Shown: in pieces, positions 1-14,156 of the stretch
Position numbering within the stretch: position 1 is the first letter of the stretch
How the letters are laid out: each line of letters starts with the position of its first letter
Source of the DNA: Paramecium tetraurelia
Lineage: Eukaryota
Length of the DNA: 64,000 nucleotides
Reading direction: 5' to 3'
Assembly: GCA_000165425.1 (NCBI GenBank)
Contig: CT868296.1
Coordinates: 248,001 to 312,000, forward strand
Notes under the pieces: generated by a model
Told to the model about the DNA's origin: nothing
The model's database searches: none
What the model saw: only the letters and a program-made list of their open reading frames with translations
Program-made: the position numbers and the translations under genes

Positions 1-301
1 TTTCTCAAATCCTTACAAACTCTTATTATCTCTTGTCACTAAAAAAGTTACTAATAATTTTTATAAGATGTCACTAACTTAAATATTATATTTTACTGTT
101 AAGAATCTGTTAACATCGTAACCAGATCAATTAAAATATTAGTTTTCTAAACTACACTATCTGTTTGTGATTTCAATGGAGGTAATAACTTTAATATTGA
201 GTATATATTACAGAGCATGATTCTAAAAATTTATCGATTTAAGATTCTATCACCTATGTAGTAGGCTGCTATGTTTCAATAAAACTATTTTTGCCTTTCA
301 T
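1..301 (-). CDS. 5' part of a hypothetical protein running off the window edge
   Basis: ATG at 301, MKGKNSFIETQQPTTQVIESQIDKFLESCS in ciliate code, followed by a ~23-nt GT..AG intron. Confidence 0.5.
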
Positions 302-320
302 TTTAGTATTTTATTCTTAT

Positions 321-1946
321 TCATATTTTTATATAGTCTCTGTTTATTGTTCTAATTACGTGATAGCTTTATCAAGCATTTTCACAGTTTCTTCATGTTC
401 TTTCGATAGTTCATTTAACTATTCAATTAACAATTAATTTTCCTTCTCTAATGACTCCATCTTATTTAGATTAGTGTTGTTTTTTGTTTATTTTTTTGGA
501 TTTTGCAATAATGAAACCAATTATTAAGATTATTAAGATGTCTACAGTTATTATTACTATTGAGATTAAAGTTAATCTATTTTCTGCTATAATTTTACAT
601 TCTGACGTTCTAAGGACATTTTCTCTTCATCTTTAGCTATCAAACTAGACTAATAACTTTATAATAGCCTTTGCATATTTTCATTAACAGGTTCTAGAAT
701 TTTGATATCTAAGACCTCAATTTTATTAATTTCTTCAACATCGTTATTATTATTAGTATTTTAATAATTCTTAATCATAGTCAATAATTATTCAATGTAT
801 GATTACTATGTTTTAGTTTATTAGGCTAAATTTACATAGGCCTAGAATATAATATAAATTATATACTTGATGTATGATATTTCTCTCAACATTAATATCG
901 TAAATTTTATTTTACATGATCTCAAAATATTATCTCATATAATTAACTTGAACAATAAATTCTGAAAGTTACTCATTTGAAATAGTATTCTATAATTTAG
1001 TATAAATTTCGTTTATATATTTACTTTATCTCAAGATAATATCATAGATATGTGATTCATCCTTTTATTCTTCTTTATATTATTAAGCCATCTGATGAGT
1101 TTAATTAAGATCTTTGGAGGATGCGTTATTCTTTGAAGCCTTATTTTTATTGATTTACATGATGATATTTTTATCGGATTATATAAATAAGTTTTCTGTG
1201 AATTTTTTTAAATTTTCGATGTCTTACTTATATATTGTACTGAAATTATCTGTGTTTTCTTTTTGATTATTAAGATATGAATTTAACTGTTACAATTCCT
1301 ATTCTTTTTGTTCCAAAATTTCCATTACTTAATTAATTGCTAATTGTTGTTGTTAACTCTACTTATAAAGTAATTCTAGGTCATTTTGTTTTTCTTCATT
1401 TTACTACTAAAGCTGTTTAATATTTTCATTTAATTCAATTATTGTATTGTTATAATTCAATTCTTATTGAGCCCATAATGTTTAGAATTTCTCTATTTTT
1501 TCCTTTTAATTTACATTAATCTGCTTTTATCTAATTTCACATTTTTTAATGGTATCAATATTATTGCTCTCTTTTTAAAGGGCTAACTTTTCCTTTTCAA
1601 GTATTTTATTTTATGAATTCAAATATTCATTTTCATATTTCAATCTTATAATCTCTTTTTGTTGGGTTTCAATCTTGTATTAGGGAGCATTCTTACTTCT
1701 GCTGTCAGTGTTTCGATAACTTTAGTGGCCTTCTCGATCTATTCATCCTAGTCTTCAATTTATTAATATAAGTAATTGATGTTCATTTATTATTATATAA
1801 ACTAATTCAAATATCAAACCTAATTGTTTGATTAAAATACTTATATAAGTTTTATCATTTAAGATGACGAGTGAATAAGTATTTATAACCTTGACTTCTC
1901 GAATGCCTTTGATATTTATATCATTTTGCAAAGGAACTATTTTCAT
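321..1946 (-). CDS. Hypothetical coiled-coil protein (5' boundary uncertain)
   Basis: Long Q/E/K-rich frames in ciliate code (QQIEDQDEQIEKATKVIETLTAE..IETQQKEIIRLNMENE) with tiny introns; TGA at 321-323. Confidence 0.6.
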
Positions 1947-2658
1947 AACTAATTATTTTATCCGATTAACTGCAATTAACCAATTTTAATAATATAAAGT
2001 AAAAAATTAGTAGAACTAAGTTAAAAGGATTTATAAAAATGGAATATAATTCAGAATCAAATTCAAAATTTAAAAATAATAAAGAATTGTATTACAAGTC
2101 AATATAAAGTTTAAAAATTGTTTAGATTTTGATTAAAACTTGACTTAAATTTTAATATATCTTTTAAATGCTAAAATATTTATCAAACATCTTGAAACAC
2201 TTCAGAATTTACTATTAGAAATTAATGGAGGAAGCTATTTTATAATTTCGACTGCAAATCCAATAATTCTATTTTAAAAACAATAATAGAAGAACTAAAT
2301 CACGTTCAAATCTATAAGAATACTAATATATTTTTAGTCTTTTATTTTTTTTATTTCTAATCTTAAATAATACCAAGGGAGAAAATATTAATGGCAGAGG
2401 ACCTCTAAATCTCAATAAATTGTATTAAATATATTAATTAAGAATTATTAAGATAGGTTCCAAACATTAAATATTCTAATAGAGTTCTGTAAGTTGATAA
2501 TTTAGCTATAAATTGGATTTGGTTGTGTATATTTACTTATTTAGGTTGAGATTTTGAACAATTGCATTTGAGAGGGGATAAATAGTATACATCTAATTAG
2601 TTCTTAAATAACCTGATTGAGATTATTTCCATTTGTCATTTTTATTAATTTAATTATA

Positions 2659-3121
2659 ATGAATCAAGAGAAAACAGTTGAGGAACCATTACTTAGTTAA
2701 GCCAAGATGAATGAATACAAGGAGAGGGAATTCAGAGAATATTTGGTCAATCAGGATGTTACACTTGCGATTGTTAAATGTTAGTTTATTTATGATTAAT
2801 TGTTTCTAGTTCTTCTTGCTTTGAGGAATGCACCAAACAAGCCTGACTCTCCCAGTCAAGCACTCATTGATTATTTCAGCATACACAAGGATACAAGGGC
2901 TCATGAAGAATTCGAAAAACTGAGAAGTGATGTTGAACAATTAGAGCAAGGTTATTGATGCTTATAACTGTATAGAGAATAGTCAATTGGCAAGGGAGGT
3001 TGATTCAATAAAGGAGCAGATCGTATAGTAGAAATTAGAAAAACAGCGTAGAGAAGAAGAGGAAAGAGTGCGTTAGGAAGAGGAGGCGAAAAAGAATACA
3101 AAGAAACCTGCAAAAAAATGA
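2659..3121 (+). CDS. MYCBP/AMY-1 (FAP174)-like protein
   Basis: KEREFREYLVNQDVTLAIVKFLLALRNAPNKPDSPSQALIDYF followed by a coiled coil, resembling MYCBP KREQFRRYLEKSGVLDTLTKVLVALYEEPEKP; 2 tiny introns. Confidence 0.7.
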
Positions 3122-3170
3122 TTAATGCATTTATTGTTATATAAATATTAATATTTTTGAATTCAAATAA

Positions 3171-4085
3171 ATGCACGAGAATGTAGGACCAAGAATTTTC
3201 GGAAAAAACCTTGATAATCAAGCAGAGAAGGCATCAAAGAATCTAAAAAGCAAAAAAGACACGAAACTTGATGAATTGGGAGGGAAGGAAAATCTCATAA
3301 ATGATGCAATTTGGACCAAGGAGGGTTTGAGTAAATTGGACTCTCCTTAGCTTGTTAGCTTGTATTAACAAGAAATCTATGAATTTTTGTATGAAAAGGA
3401 AAAAAGTATGGGGGAACCCAATTTTCAAATGGCTTCCACGAAAATCAATGATACTGTGAGGGCCACAACAGTAAGTTATTGTATTAAGTATAGGTTAGAT
3501 ACATAGTCAAACTAGTTAGATGCTTCAATTTAAAGCCTGAGACACTCTTTTAGACTGTTGATTTGATGGATCAAACAATCCCGCTCCTAAATCCAGAAAT
3601 AGGGGAGTTGGAGCTTGTTTCATTGACATGTCTTTTTATTGCATCTAAATACGAAGAAATATACCCACCTCCCTTAGCAGCATTGTTAAGAGCTACAGAC
3701 ATTAAAACAAAGGATGTTATTGAGATGGAGAAAGAAATACTTAATAAGTTAAATTTCAATGTTATCAGTGATAATACGTTGGTGTGGTTGCAATTAATAG
3801 GAGAAATGTTGGGGTACAATTGCAAATACTCTGATTAAATAAAGCAAAGATGTATGTAAGTTTAATTCTCATTTTATTAGGAGTTTAGCAGAGACAAGCT
3901 TAACTTCTTCATTGTTTTTGAATCACAAAAAATCAGCAATCGCTTTAAACATATTTATGGCTGTGGAGATCAATTTAGGTTGTCAAAAAACATAATTTAA
4001 ATGGGAAAGACTAACCTAACATTAGAAACCAAGCAATGAATCAAAAACACTCAAGTTACTGACTTATATTTTGAAAATCAAATGA
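3171..4085 (+). CDS. Cyclin (A/B-type cyclin box)
   Basis: LKPETLFQTVDLMD..LELVSLTCLFIASKYEEIYPP..IEMEKEILNKLNF; 2 tiny introns. Confidence 0.9.
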
Positions 4086-4133
4086 ATTTACTTTTTTAAC
4101 TTTTTAATAAATCTATTTTCAAAAAATCAATCA

Positions 4134-5620
4134 TCATTGCTTTTTCTTCTTTTGAGTTTACTTCACTGATTGAGTTTTATTGAGGAAGAATATATAAAAT
4201 ACAGATAACACGAAGCTAATAAAATAATAATTGAAAAGAATGAATTCTATAAATGTATAAATGAATGACTTAGTGAAGATCCCGTATTTGGTGATCCTTT
4301 TCATGATTATCTTAGATGGATCTGAATTCACTATAATACTAATTAATTAATATGTACCATCTTCAACAGGATCATCCTTGTCTTCGAATAAAAAGTCCAT
4401 CATAACAATGTTTTCTTTAACACAATACTATTCATTCACATCATAATTGGCTGGGAGATAGTTATACCTAACATTTGTCTCTGGAATTTAGGAGTTTTTC
4501 AATAACAGGATCATATATAATAAAAATGGGATAGCTATTCTAGATAATAATTGATATGCCACAATTACAAATCCTCTTAGCAATCCCTCAACCCTTCTCT
4601 TTACATAATCTTATTATTCTGGTTAATCTTTTAGTATCATAATCCAATCATAACCTTTAGCCATATGTTTATCCATCTCCATTTTGAATGTCATCATTTA
4701 TAAAATGGTAATCACTAAGATAGCCAAAAATTGGAAATGAAATACATAATTCAAGTTTTAAATTAAAGGTTTAATGTACAGAGCTACATAAAATATATGT
4801 GCAATTAATTAACTAGCAACTAAGTAAAAAAACTTTGATTATGATTTGTCTGTGATTAAACTATTCTTTAATTCAGTGAAACAATTGCCAAATCTGATTA
4901 GAATAGGTAATATGCAAAATATTATGATTGAAACCATCAGAGCCAATACGATTACAAACATATCTCCAAATTACCCCATAAATGACCAGACTCCTGGTTA
5001 AATAAGAGTTCGAAGTACAATTTCAAGATGAACAGCTTACCTTTAAAATTCGTGTCTCATGTTAATATTTAAGAAATCTTTAAATCCCAAATTTATAAAG
5101 ATTGTAATCACAATAGAGATAATACAAATTACAATAGACATCTTTGTTTATTAAGAATCATAGCCTCCAATCGTAGCTGCTTTGAAAATGTTTCCTAAGT
5201 GTTTAATATAATAATACTTATAATCATCATGACTATGATACCATCAAAATAAAAGAGCATTCCGCTGTCGATAACATAATATCCCAAAGCTGAACCAATC
5301 ATTTTCATTGTCTCGACTATCGAAAATTATGCAAGTAACATATAGATGAATAACATTGTAATTTCCATGTCATTAGAAAAAGGGACTTATTAAAAATGTT
5401 ATGCTTAACTTGGCATCGTTTTTATTTAAACCAAAGTCTTTATTTTCTTATCTTTACTCTCCTTGAGATCTTCTCCATCAGGTGATAAATATAGAGTTAC
5501 GCCATGACATGGGAACAGTAAATTTGGAAATTTCTTCTTTAACTTGAATATTCCGAAAGCTAAACCACAAAACACTACTATTTCAATTGGAAAAAGAAGC
5601 AAATCCAATTATTCCCTCAT
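4134..5620 (-). CDS. Multi-pass membrane protein, possibly TMEM161-like
   Basis: MREQLDLLLFPIEIVVFCGLAFGIF..LLFPCHGVTLYLSPDGEDLK followed by many hydrophobic segments; family call is a loose resemblance only. Confidence 0.55.
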
Positions 5621-6554
5621 ACAAGTAAATTAAAATTAAATCAAAGAATAAAGTAAAATATGCGTACAATAATTCTAATTTTAGCAACTATTGTAAATAC
5701 TAATGACAGAACAATAACTCTTTATTTCAAATTAAACTAATTTTAGAGTCTATTTATCTATTGTATCACATTTGATGTAGCAAAGATTTATGCAACTCTA
5801 AGATGGTTTATTGAAAAGCAGCCATAGTATATCTTAATCTATTGAAAATACAAGTATTTAATCTACATTAAATTGAAGTTTAAGTTTGAATATTCTATAA
5901 GTTCATAACTAAATTGAATAATTCTATTTAACTTCAACGTTGTTGTTTTTAGAATGCATTAAAATTTATTTTAAATTATTATTTTATGCGATAGTGTTTG
6001 ACTTTGTTTAGGTTATCTATTTTCATAAAATATTTAATTTATCAAATTTCTTCTCTATCTTACTGTAAAATTAATAACATTATTAATATTTGTATTTTGT
6101 CTTATTAAAGACAAATTCTTTCTAGAATTTTCAAAAAAGATTTAAGTCATGAATAGAGGAGAGGAGTATTAATAATATTCCTGAATAAACACTTTAAAAC
6201 CTTTAAGATCAAAACCTCTCCTATAATAATATGCCAACCTTCTAAAGTCAAATTCATCAAGAAGTTTATCATATTAGTTTATCATCAATCAGATTCAAGA
6301 AAAAACATCCCTCTACCATTGCTTTTTGTTAAATTAATACAATCCAGAATTTTCAAGGTATCATTTTATTATATAATTATATAACTCCAATATAGAAAGT
6401 TATTCAATAACACTAATAAAAAGTGATCCCAGGAATTAAAATATAGCTAAAACTTTGAAATTCCTAATTCTTATTACCTATCCCAGAATAAGAACAATGA
6501 ATCTTTTCAAATAAAATTTTACATATCTTATATATCTATATATATAATTTTATT

Positions 6555-7413
6555 TCATTGTTATTGTGATTGCTGCTATTGGACTGCCTAAGGCCTTGGC
6601 TGTTAGGATGGAACTTATTATGGTTAATGGGATTATTATTATTATGGTTAGGATGGTCTTACAACAGGGGGAGCAGCATATTATGGTTATACAAATTAAG
6701 GAACAACTCTTGATGCAATCAATGGTTATTAAACATATTGGACTGGTTATTAAACATATTAGACTGGTTATTGAACGTATTAAACTGATTATTAAATGAC
6801 TGGTTATTAGACAACTGACACAGCTTATGCTGGCTGTTGATGAACAACTTATCTTTCAACTGGGTAATATTCTACTCTCTCTTAATATCTGTCGACTGGC
6901 ACATACTCTGAAGGATAATAATTACTGTTACCTGTGTATTTCTCTTGGAACACTTATGGGATATATTCAGTTTAATATTCGACAGCGTAATAATCGGTGA
7001 CTTTTGTTTCTCTTGGAACATAAGACACAATTTCTTATTCCTCATATTCAACAACAGCTTTTTGATAGGGAATATATTCAATTCTGGATTCACCTTTTAT
7101 AGTTTGGTGCTAAAATAGTATTCAAATTTACTTAAGCTACTGGGGCAACTCCTAAAGTTTGAACTGGGACAGGGGCGACTTGTTAAATAGGAACAGATGC
7201 AATTGGAGCAACAGGCACTTAGGCCACTGGTGCATATTAAATAGGAGCAACTGGAGCCACATAAGACTGTCTAATTGGAGAAGCTGGATAATAAGTAGGT
7301 GGTAAATAAGTATTTGGATACACAGGACCAGCTGGCCTTGTTTAAGGAGCTGGAACTTATTATCTTTATTATGGTTATTAAGGTTATTATGCAGCTTCTG
7401 GACGATTTGACAT
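6555..7413 (-). CDS. EPI: Epiplasmin (cortical membrane-skeleton protein)
   Basis: P/V/Y/Q-rich arms around the core KGESRIEYIPYQKAVVEYEEQEIVSYVPRETKVTDYYAVEYQTEYIPQV..ERVEYYPVERQVVH; 2 tiny introns. Confidence 0.9.
6721..6815 (-). repeat. Imperfect 21-bp coding tandem repeat (QPVQYVQ) in epiplasmin
   Basis: Units such as actggttattaaacatatt(g/a)g repeated about 4 times. Confidence 0.8.
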
Positions 7414-8738
7414 TCTTATTTATTTGATAAATTTAAAATAATATTAAAACTTGATCCTCAAATTATTTAAATAACTTGTATCAACATAATATATATTAAT
7501 ATTACATAATATTGTATTTTTCATTAATAAATAAAACCCTGATCAAATTTAAATCATCTGCATTATTTTCCTATATCCAAACTTTAAATTCAACAATTCC
7601 AGAATTAATCAAGTATACAAGATTGTTTAAAGGGTATCTTTGAATATAACATTACTCAAACTAGTAAATTTCCTGTTATCAGAGTAACATTTATTTATGA
7701 ACCTTTTGTTTATTATTCATTTATTAATGTATCAATCATGTAAAATTGATTAAATCAGAATATAAAACTGCTTGCCTTAGAAATTTAACACTAAATAAGC
7801 TGATAATTTATATTAATTAACAAGAATATTCTATTTCTTTTAATTACGCTTTTTATTATTTCTTTAGGGTATATCCTTTCTCCAAAGTCAAAAATTATAT
7901 TATATTTATTTATTAAAGAATAGAATCAATATATTAAGGTATAGATTTCATACAAATTTTAATAATTAATATATTTTAGAGACATACAAATTTTAAGAAT
8001 TAATATTATTTTAGAAAAGTCTTTTTTAGCTTTTTTAATGAATTCATATTTCATAAAGTTCTGATATCTCAAATTATACTAAATGTCCATTAGGAATTTA
8101 AAATAGTTTTTGATTAATTTGTTGCTTTTCTATTTATTCATAAAACCCAATAGTTATTTTCATTTTTTCTTATAAGATAAGTTATTTGTGAAATCTAAAA
8201 GATACTAATTATGTTTCATTGAATTTAACAAAATTTGACTTAAATAGTGGTTAAAAATTATATTGCTCACACATACAAGTAATCTTTAACTTTCAGCTCA
8301 TATCATCTTAATTGAGAGTACTTTTTCAACAGAAATAGAAAATAAAATTAATATATAAATACTAAGTTAATCAACTTTTTCTATTATTATAATACTTTAC
8401 TTGAATAAAAAAACCAAAATATCTGATTATAAAAAGTATTTAAGATCAGTCACATATTTATTTATTTGAGAATTTAGGAAATACAAATGTAATAAAAAAA
8501 AAATAAGTTTTAAAATAAAGGTATGTAAAAGTACAACAGTAACATTTTGTTTAAACTAATTTATTATATAATAATTATATGTGGTTTTATATGTTAGATG
8601 TCAATTTGGTATTAGATACGAAACATAATGATTTATCAATGTTTATTATCTATCAATATTCGATGTCATTCATTGTATTATTCAGATAATTAGTTAGGAG
8701 AAAAAATAATTTATTTTAAAATATAAGTAATTTACAAA

Positions 8739-11257
8739 ATGATCATTGGAAAAAGACGGTTGAAACAAATAAAACTTATTCTTGTATCTCCTACATTAGA
8801 GAAGATAACAGTATTATCGTATCTTGTCTTAATACCATTAATGGTAGGTAACTTAATAATCTCAAAATTAGATGATGTATGAAACTTATGGATTAGGTAA
8901 TGGATATTTAAATTTGTATTAAATCAAATCTTAATTCCAAGTGAGTACTTGGCGTAATAGTGCGACAGTTGAAGAGGCATTTAATTATTTGATGAATGTT
9001 TTTACTCCAAAATATTTTGCTAGCCAATTTAAGTCATCTCATATTCCACTTTCAAATTTAATTGTAGCCTAGACAAGAAATGCTATATATAAATGCAATA
9101 CTAATGTTATAAATTGCGAATATGGATCAGAGTAATATTAGGAAGTATAATTCCAAGCTTTGGATGCCAATAAATGCGTCTCTAAAAATTGTTCCGAATT
9201 CATTTCAAGTCAAAATGCTTTTGGAGGAATATAAATAGGAATAGATGGTCATTACTAAACCTATTACGATTTCTATTATTATAGTGTATTAAAAATAGCA
9301 GATAATTACACCGATTTCTATACAAAGTTGATTGAAAATAAATGGGTTGATAATCATACTGAATCTATAGGGATATTTGGATCACTTTACGATTTGAATA
9401 GTTAGCAGTAAGTTCAGATAACTTTGCTGTTGGAATAGCAATATGCTAAATTCCCCTTATCTTTATAGGAAACATTTTTCCAATTGCCATTTTTTGATTT
9501 CAAAGACACTCTGCATATATTGCTGTTTTCCTATTTGATATTTATTGGTCTTCTGAAAATATTTAGAACCATGTTGGAATTAACCTATATATTTTCAAGA
9601 TTCAATTTTTTTTTCTAATTGTACAACTTTGCAGCACTTATTGTGTATTGCATAGTGCATTTTCAGATTCTTATAGTGAGAGATCAAGCTTAAGATAACA
9701 ACTTACTGTTTTCTAGAACAGTTTTAGAAAAGAATTTTAGTGGGAAGATCTTATCTGTTGGAACTGCCCTACTAATTAATGATTATTAAACAACCGAGGA
9801 TGTAGGGAAAGTCCTGCTTTTATTAAGTTATCCATATTCATTTGTGCAATTTATATTGTTTTTTAATGCGGAGTGGATACAGAATTATCACACGTTATAG
9901 ATGCGTACAATGCCTGGATTATTGACTTGTACTGTCTTATCTTTATCAATGTACACCTTAACAGTTTTGCCTCAAGGCTTTTTAGATAAATAATATAGGA
10001 CTGGTCACCACTCTATCAACTATATAGCTTATCTATTTGCTTAATTGTTTTTAGACAATTATCAAGAAAATGAAGTATTCTATATAAACACAAATTTAGG
10101 AAGAAAAATAATTATTAAGCATCATAATTGAGATCCTGCATTATCTATTTCAGATTCTAATAGCTTTGTATGTGATTGCATTGTCAATAGAGGGGTTCAG
10201 GAAGGCTTCAATTTATGAGATGCCCTATCAAACCAAGTATGACAAAGAGTTCATATAAAATTTTGATAATCTTAACATAAAAATAAATAAGTAGAATATG
10301 ATAATTATTTAAAAGGGTCTTAAAATAGGTGTAGAAGTTGTTTATAAAGGAGAAACAATCTCAAGGGAAGAAAATAATTAGAAGAGAAGAAGATAAATAA
10401 TCTTAAATTTTGGATGACGAAGAAACCTTAAGTGATCTGTCGGAATCTAAGTCTGATAAAATACTGATAGTTTTTGAAATTAATAATGCATTCCTAGAGG
10501 ATATTAATAGATTCAAAGCCAGAAGAGATGCTAATCAATATGCATAAAAGAGAGTGAAGTATTCGAAATCCAGCAAGGATTAAGCTTCGTCTTAAAAGAT
10601 AAGAATTATTCAATCTCTGCTTTAAAAGGATAAGGTCAATCAAAGGTTGCAAGTAATGCTTAGCAAACATTGTAATTATGAATAAATATTTTGATAGAAA
10701 CGAATGAGCCTTAATACACTTAACTGCCAGAGGATTAGGTGGAATAAAATAATGATTTCTTCTAAAGTTTCAAGGAACAAATAAGTGATCAGGGAGTGAA
10801 GATCAGGGAATTTACGATTATTGATCAAGTCATAAAATTCTTAGAAATGCTATTGAGATTGAGACCTGAGTTTTTGAGTTTGAATGCAGAATAGAGAATT
10901 CGAATAATGTTTTACATAAACTCAGATTAGGTTGAAGAAGATGATGTATATAAACTATTAAGCTTTTTAATTGTCAACTTGGCTAAGCAACATTTGAATT
11001 ACCCCATCCTTGTATTCTCTTGTCATAAAGAGTGGTATATTGAGAAGGAATAATATTTGAAGTTGAAAAAGTTTTACAGGAATATCTTCTCAACTTTAGA
11101 GAAGGAATGTGCCTTGGATTTTAGTTTAATGTAAACATCCTTCTTTGATTTCTAATTGAAATTCTCGAAGGACTAATAATTCTATGAGAAGGAAAATTAG
11201 GAAGAAATATCCAATTCAATGATAGAAGAGGGAGAAGACAAATCAGAATTACTTTGA
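8739..11257 (+). CDS. Divergent polycystin-2 (PKD2/TRPP)-like channel
   Basis: TM1 then a TOP-like loop (TVEEAFNYLMNVFTPKYF..LSNLIVAQTRNAIYKC..LIENKWVDNHTESIGIFGSLYDLNSQQQVQITLLLE), further TM helices, long cytosolic tail. Confidence 0.65.
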
Positions 11258-11514
11258 TAATTGAATATATTAATATCAATATTGCATTATAGTTAATAAA
11301 TTATAACTATATAACATGTTTAACTTAATTACATAATTGTCATTCATAATATATATCTCTGTATTCTGTACAATTCTAGGAAAAGGCAAATCTACTTAAA
11401 ACAAGGCAAGATGTCATATTAAAATGGTAAAGTGGTCTTTATGTGAACATGATGCTTTGAAATTCTGATTAATTTAAATAAGATGAAATTCGCTGATAGA
11501 GATTGCTCAATAAA

Positions 11515-11748
11515 TCAATTAAATATAATAGTTGTATCAAAATAGCCAGTCAATTGCATTGCGATCATCATTAAGGAGATAATAAGCAAAAATATGATAG
11601 GAACCATGAATGGATTGCTAATGAATTTGCTTCTTATTGTTGATTAGGGCTGATCAAGTTCGATAAATGATTTGTGTAATTGAAGCAATTCGATGTACCC
11701 TTGTGTTTCTTCTTATTTATCAATGAGTGGCAAATTCTCCTCATTCAT
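11515..11748 (-). CDS. Small single-TM hypothetical protein (or 5' part of a disrupted longer gene)
   Basis: MNEENLPLIDKQEETQGYIELL..FMVPIIFLLIISLMMIAMQLTGYF; coding-like sequence continues past the TGA to about 11340. Confidence 0.4.
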
Positions 11749-11758
11749 ATTTTATTTA

Positions 11759-14156
11759 ATGGAATTACAAAATTAATTACGATCTTACTTAAGTTCATAT
11801 GAAACTTATCCCTATGTCCGAGATATCAAGTTGAGAGTTCTTTATGGTGATAAGTAAGATTTCGATTATAAATAGATCGCATATCAAACTTGTTCAATAA
11901 TGTTTGGCTGGTTTTCTTATAGACGATGATGAATCTCCGATTTTACGGTTACTAACCCTCAAAGTAGTATTTGTAAACCATCTCTATCCTAGTTCAACAA
12001 GGAATTGGCTGAAACATTTAATGAGGATTACATCCATTTGATGTAAAAAATTGTTCTCCCAAAAATGGAATAGATTGCTCTTTTTTAAAATGAGTCCAAA
12101 GACTGTGATAGAGGCAAACTGTATTTTCTAGGGAATCAAAAACCCCACTAAGGTATGTAGAGTACAAAAGTAGTTCAGGTAACAAAGAGTTGCAGGCAAT
12201 AGGCGATCAATTTTTGAGAGTAACTCTAGAATGTATTAGGATTTGGGGAAGGTGGTTTCCTTTAGACAAAATTCATCACAGATTGAGTCTGTACCGTGTA
12301 GCATATGAGAGATTATACAATTTAGGTGTACTATTCCCAGAAATTCAATATTTTGATCTCAATTAAGTGCACATAAATTTGCCTTCTACTTTTCCTCCTT
12401 TATCGATGATGATGCAACTCAAGAGTGTTTTAAGCGAGCATTCCAGATCAAGCACAAAAGAGATATGTAGATATTTGGAATCTCATCTTCCAGAAGAATA
12501 TCATCAAACCCAATACTCATCGTTTGCTGAATTATTTTAAACCATAGTCAAAAAACATATAATGAAAAAAAATAAACAAGCGAGACTGGCCAATCTATTT
12601 CTAGAACGAGATCCCAAATATCAAGAAGTCAAAAAGATGGAAGACCATGAAGAATGGACTCAATTGCAGAGATTGCAAATTGAAAATTAACAACTTACCT
12701 ATCTTAATAATATGCATCAATAAAAAATGTAAGAATTATAGAAATAAATAATTGAGACTCAAAACTAAAATTCATTGCTCTCTTAAAATATTAAAGAAAA
12801 GCAGTTGCTAATAGAGCGATATGATACCAACTTTAAAGCTTTGGAAAAGAAGTACGAAAAACTATTTGAAGATTATAAAAAAAACAATCTTTCCAAAACT
12901 CCATATATCCTTGCAACTTATGAAAAAAATGTAATTATCACTGCTATGCCCATTAGATAGCTGAATTTAGAGTTGAATATGGACTTTCATACTCTGAAAT
13001 AGAATGCCATAAATTAAGAGCTGAAAATGAATATTTACGTAAATAATTGGATGAATCTGATAGTATGTATGACAAAATTAAACATGACAAGGATGTCTTA
13101 CTGACAGAAAATAAATTATTGTCAGCTCGAATTTCTCAATTATCTCAAAAAATTGCAAAAGGAACCAAAGTTGAAAAAGACACTCCTCAGACTTAAGAGG
13201 ATTTCAAATTATATAAACAAAAATCAAATCTAGTCTAATATGAATAGGTTATGATATGCTAAAAAAGACAAATCACATAATTGAAAGAGTAATTACTAAA
13301 AATGAATGATAAAAAATATAGTGTGACAAGTCAAACCTGGGGAGTGAGTACTAAGTCAGATTCCAGGAGAAATATTAATGAGTTGCAAGCGTGTAATATA
13401 TCCTCTTAAAAACAATCTGCTAATTAGAAAACCACACATAGATAATCTAAAATCATCATGCCTCCAATACTTGAGTATGATCCAACTATATTTGCAGTCA
13501 ACCCTACTATTTTTAATACCAGATTTAGATAAGCCTGCTTTACTTCCAAAGCTATAATACATCAAGATGATTAGATTTAAATTTCAACTCACACATAGTT
13601 AAAATTCAAAAAATTATTCATCACACTCTCTCTTGAAAACAAGTCAAATATCAAACTAACTGGCTTCAAATTCTATTTAAAAGAAGTAGAACAATTAATT
13701 GCTTTTGTCTTAGATGAAATCAAAACTGATTTAAATCCTGGCGAAATTTAATAAATTAAATTAGAAGTATCAATTAAAGAAATACCTTACATTTTATAAG
13801 AAGCTTAAATATCTTTTATGGATAAGAATATCTAATTTGTGATTCCTTGTACAATCAATAAATACTTAACTTTTAAATCTTGTGAATAGATACCTTAATC
13901 GTTTTTTTATTAATGTAAACCATTTTTAACAGGATTCTAAAATTCTGTTCCCAATTTATTACCAGAATTCGAAGTAATAAGCCAATCAGATACTGAAATA
14001 AGTGTGCTGGCATCTGCTGAATATAATGATGAAGAATATGAAATTATGATCTCATGTAGAAAAAGTATGATGTAAATTAAAATGAATGGTGTTTATAACG
14101 ACAAGCTAGTAAAAACTATCATATCAACTTACTAAGGCCTATTTTTAAAAAGATGA
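11759..14156 (+). CDS. VHS-like + coiled-coil + alpha-adaptin appendage-like protein
   Basis: N-terminal helical domain ending VTLECIRIWGRWFP..LYRVAYERLYNLGVLFP; central coiled coil; C-terminal ITLSLENKSNIKLTGF..LNPGEIQQIKLEV..FVIPCTINKYL. Confidence 0.6.

Noticed and set aside
2952..3825. Minus-strand ORFs 2952-3221, 3243-3428 and 3571-3825 in the ORF track
   Set aside because: Antisense shadows of the MYCBP-like and cyclin genes; the same applies to 6566-6799, 31161-31385, 41415-42198 (+) and 57682-58074
11449..11500. Box C/D-like words (ATGATG..CTGA..GATGA..CTGA)
   Set aside because: Guide segments too short, no terminal stem, and the region reads as coding-like on the minus strand
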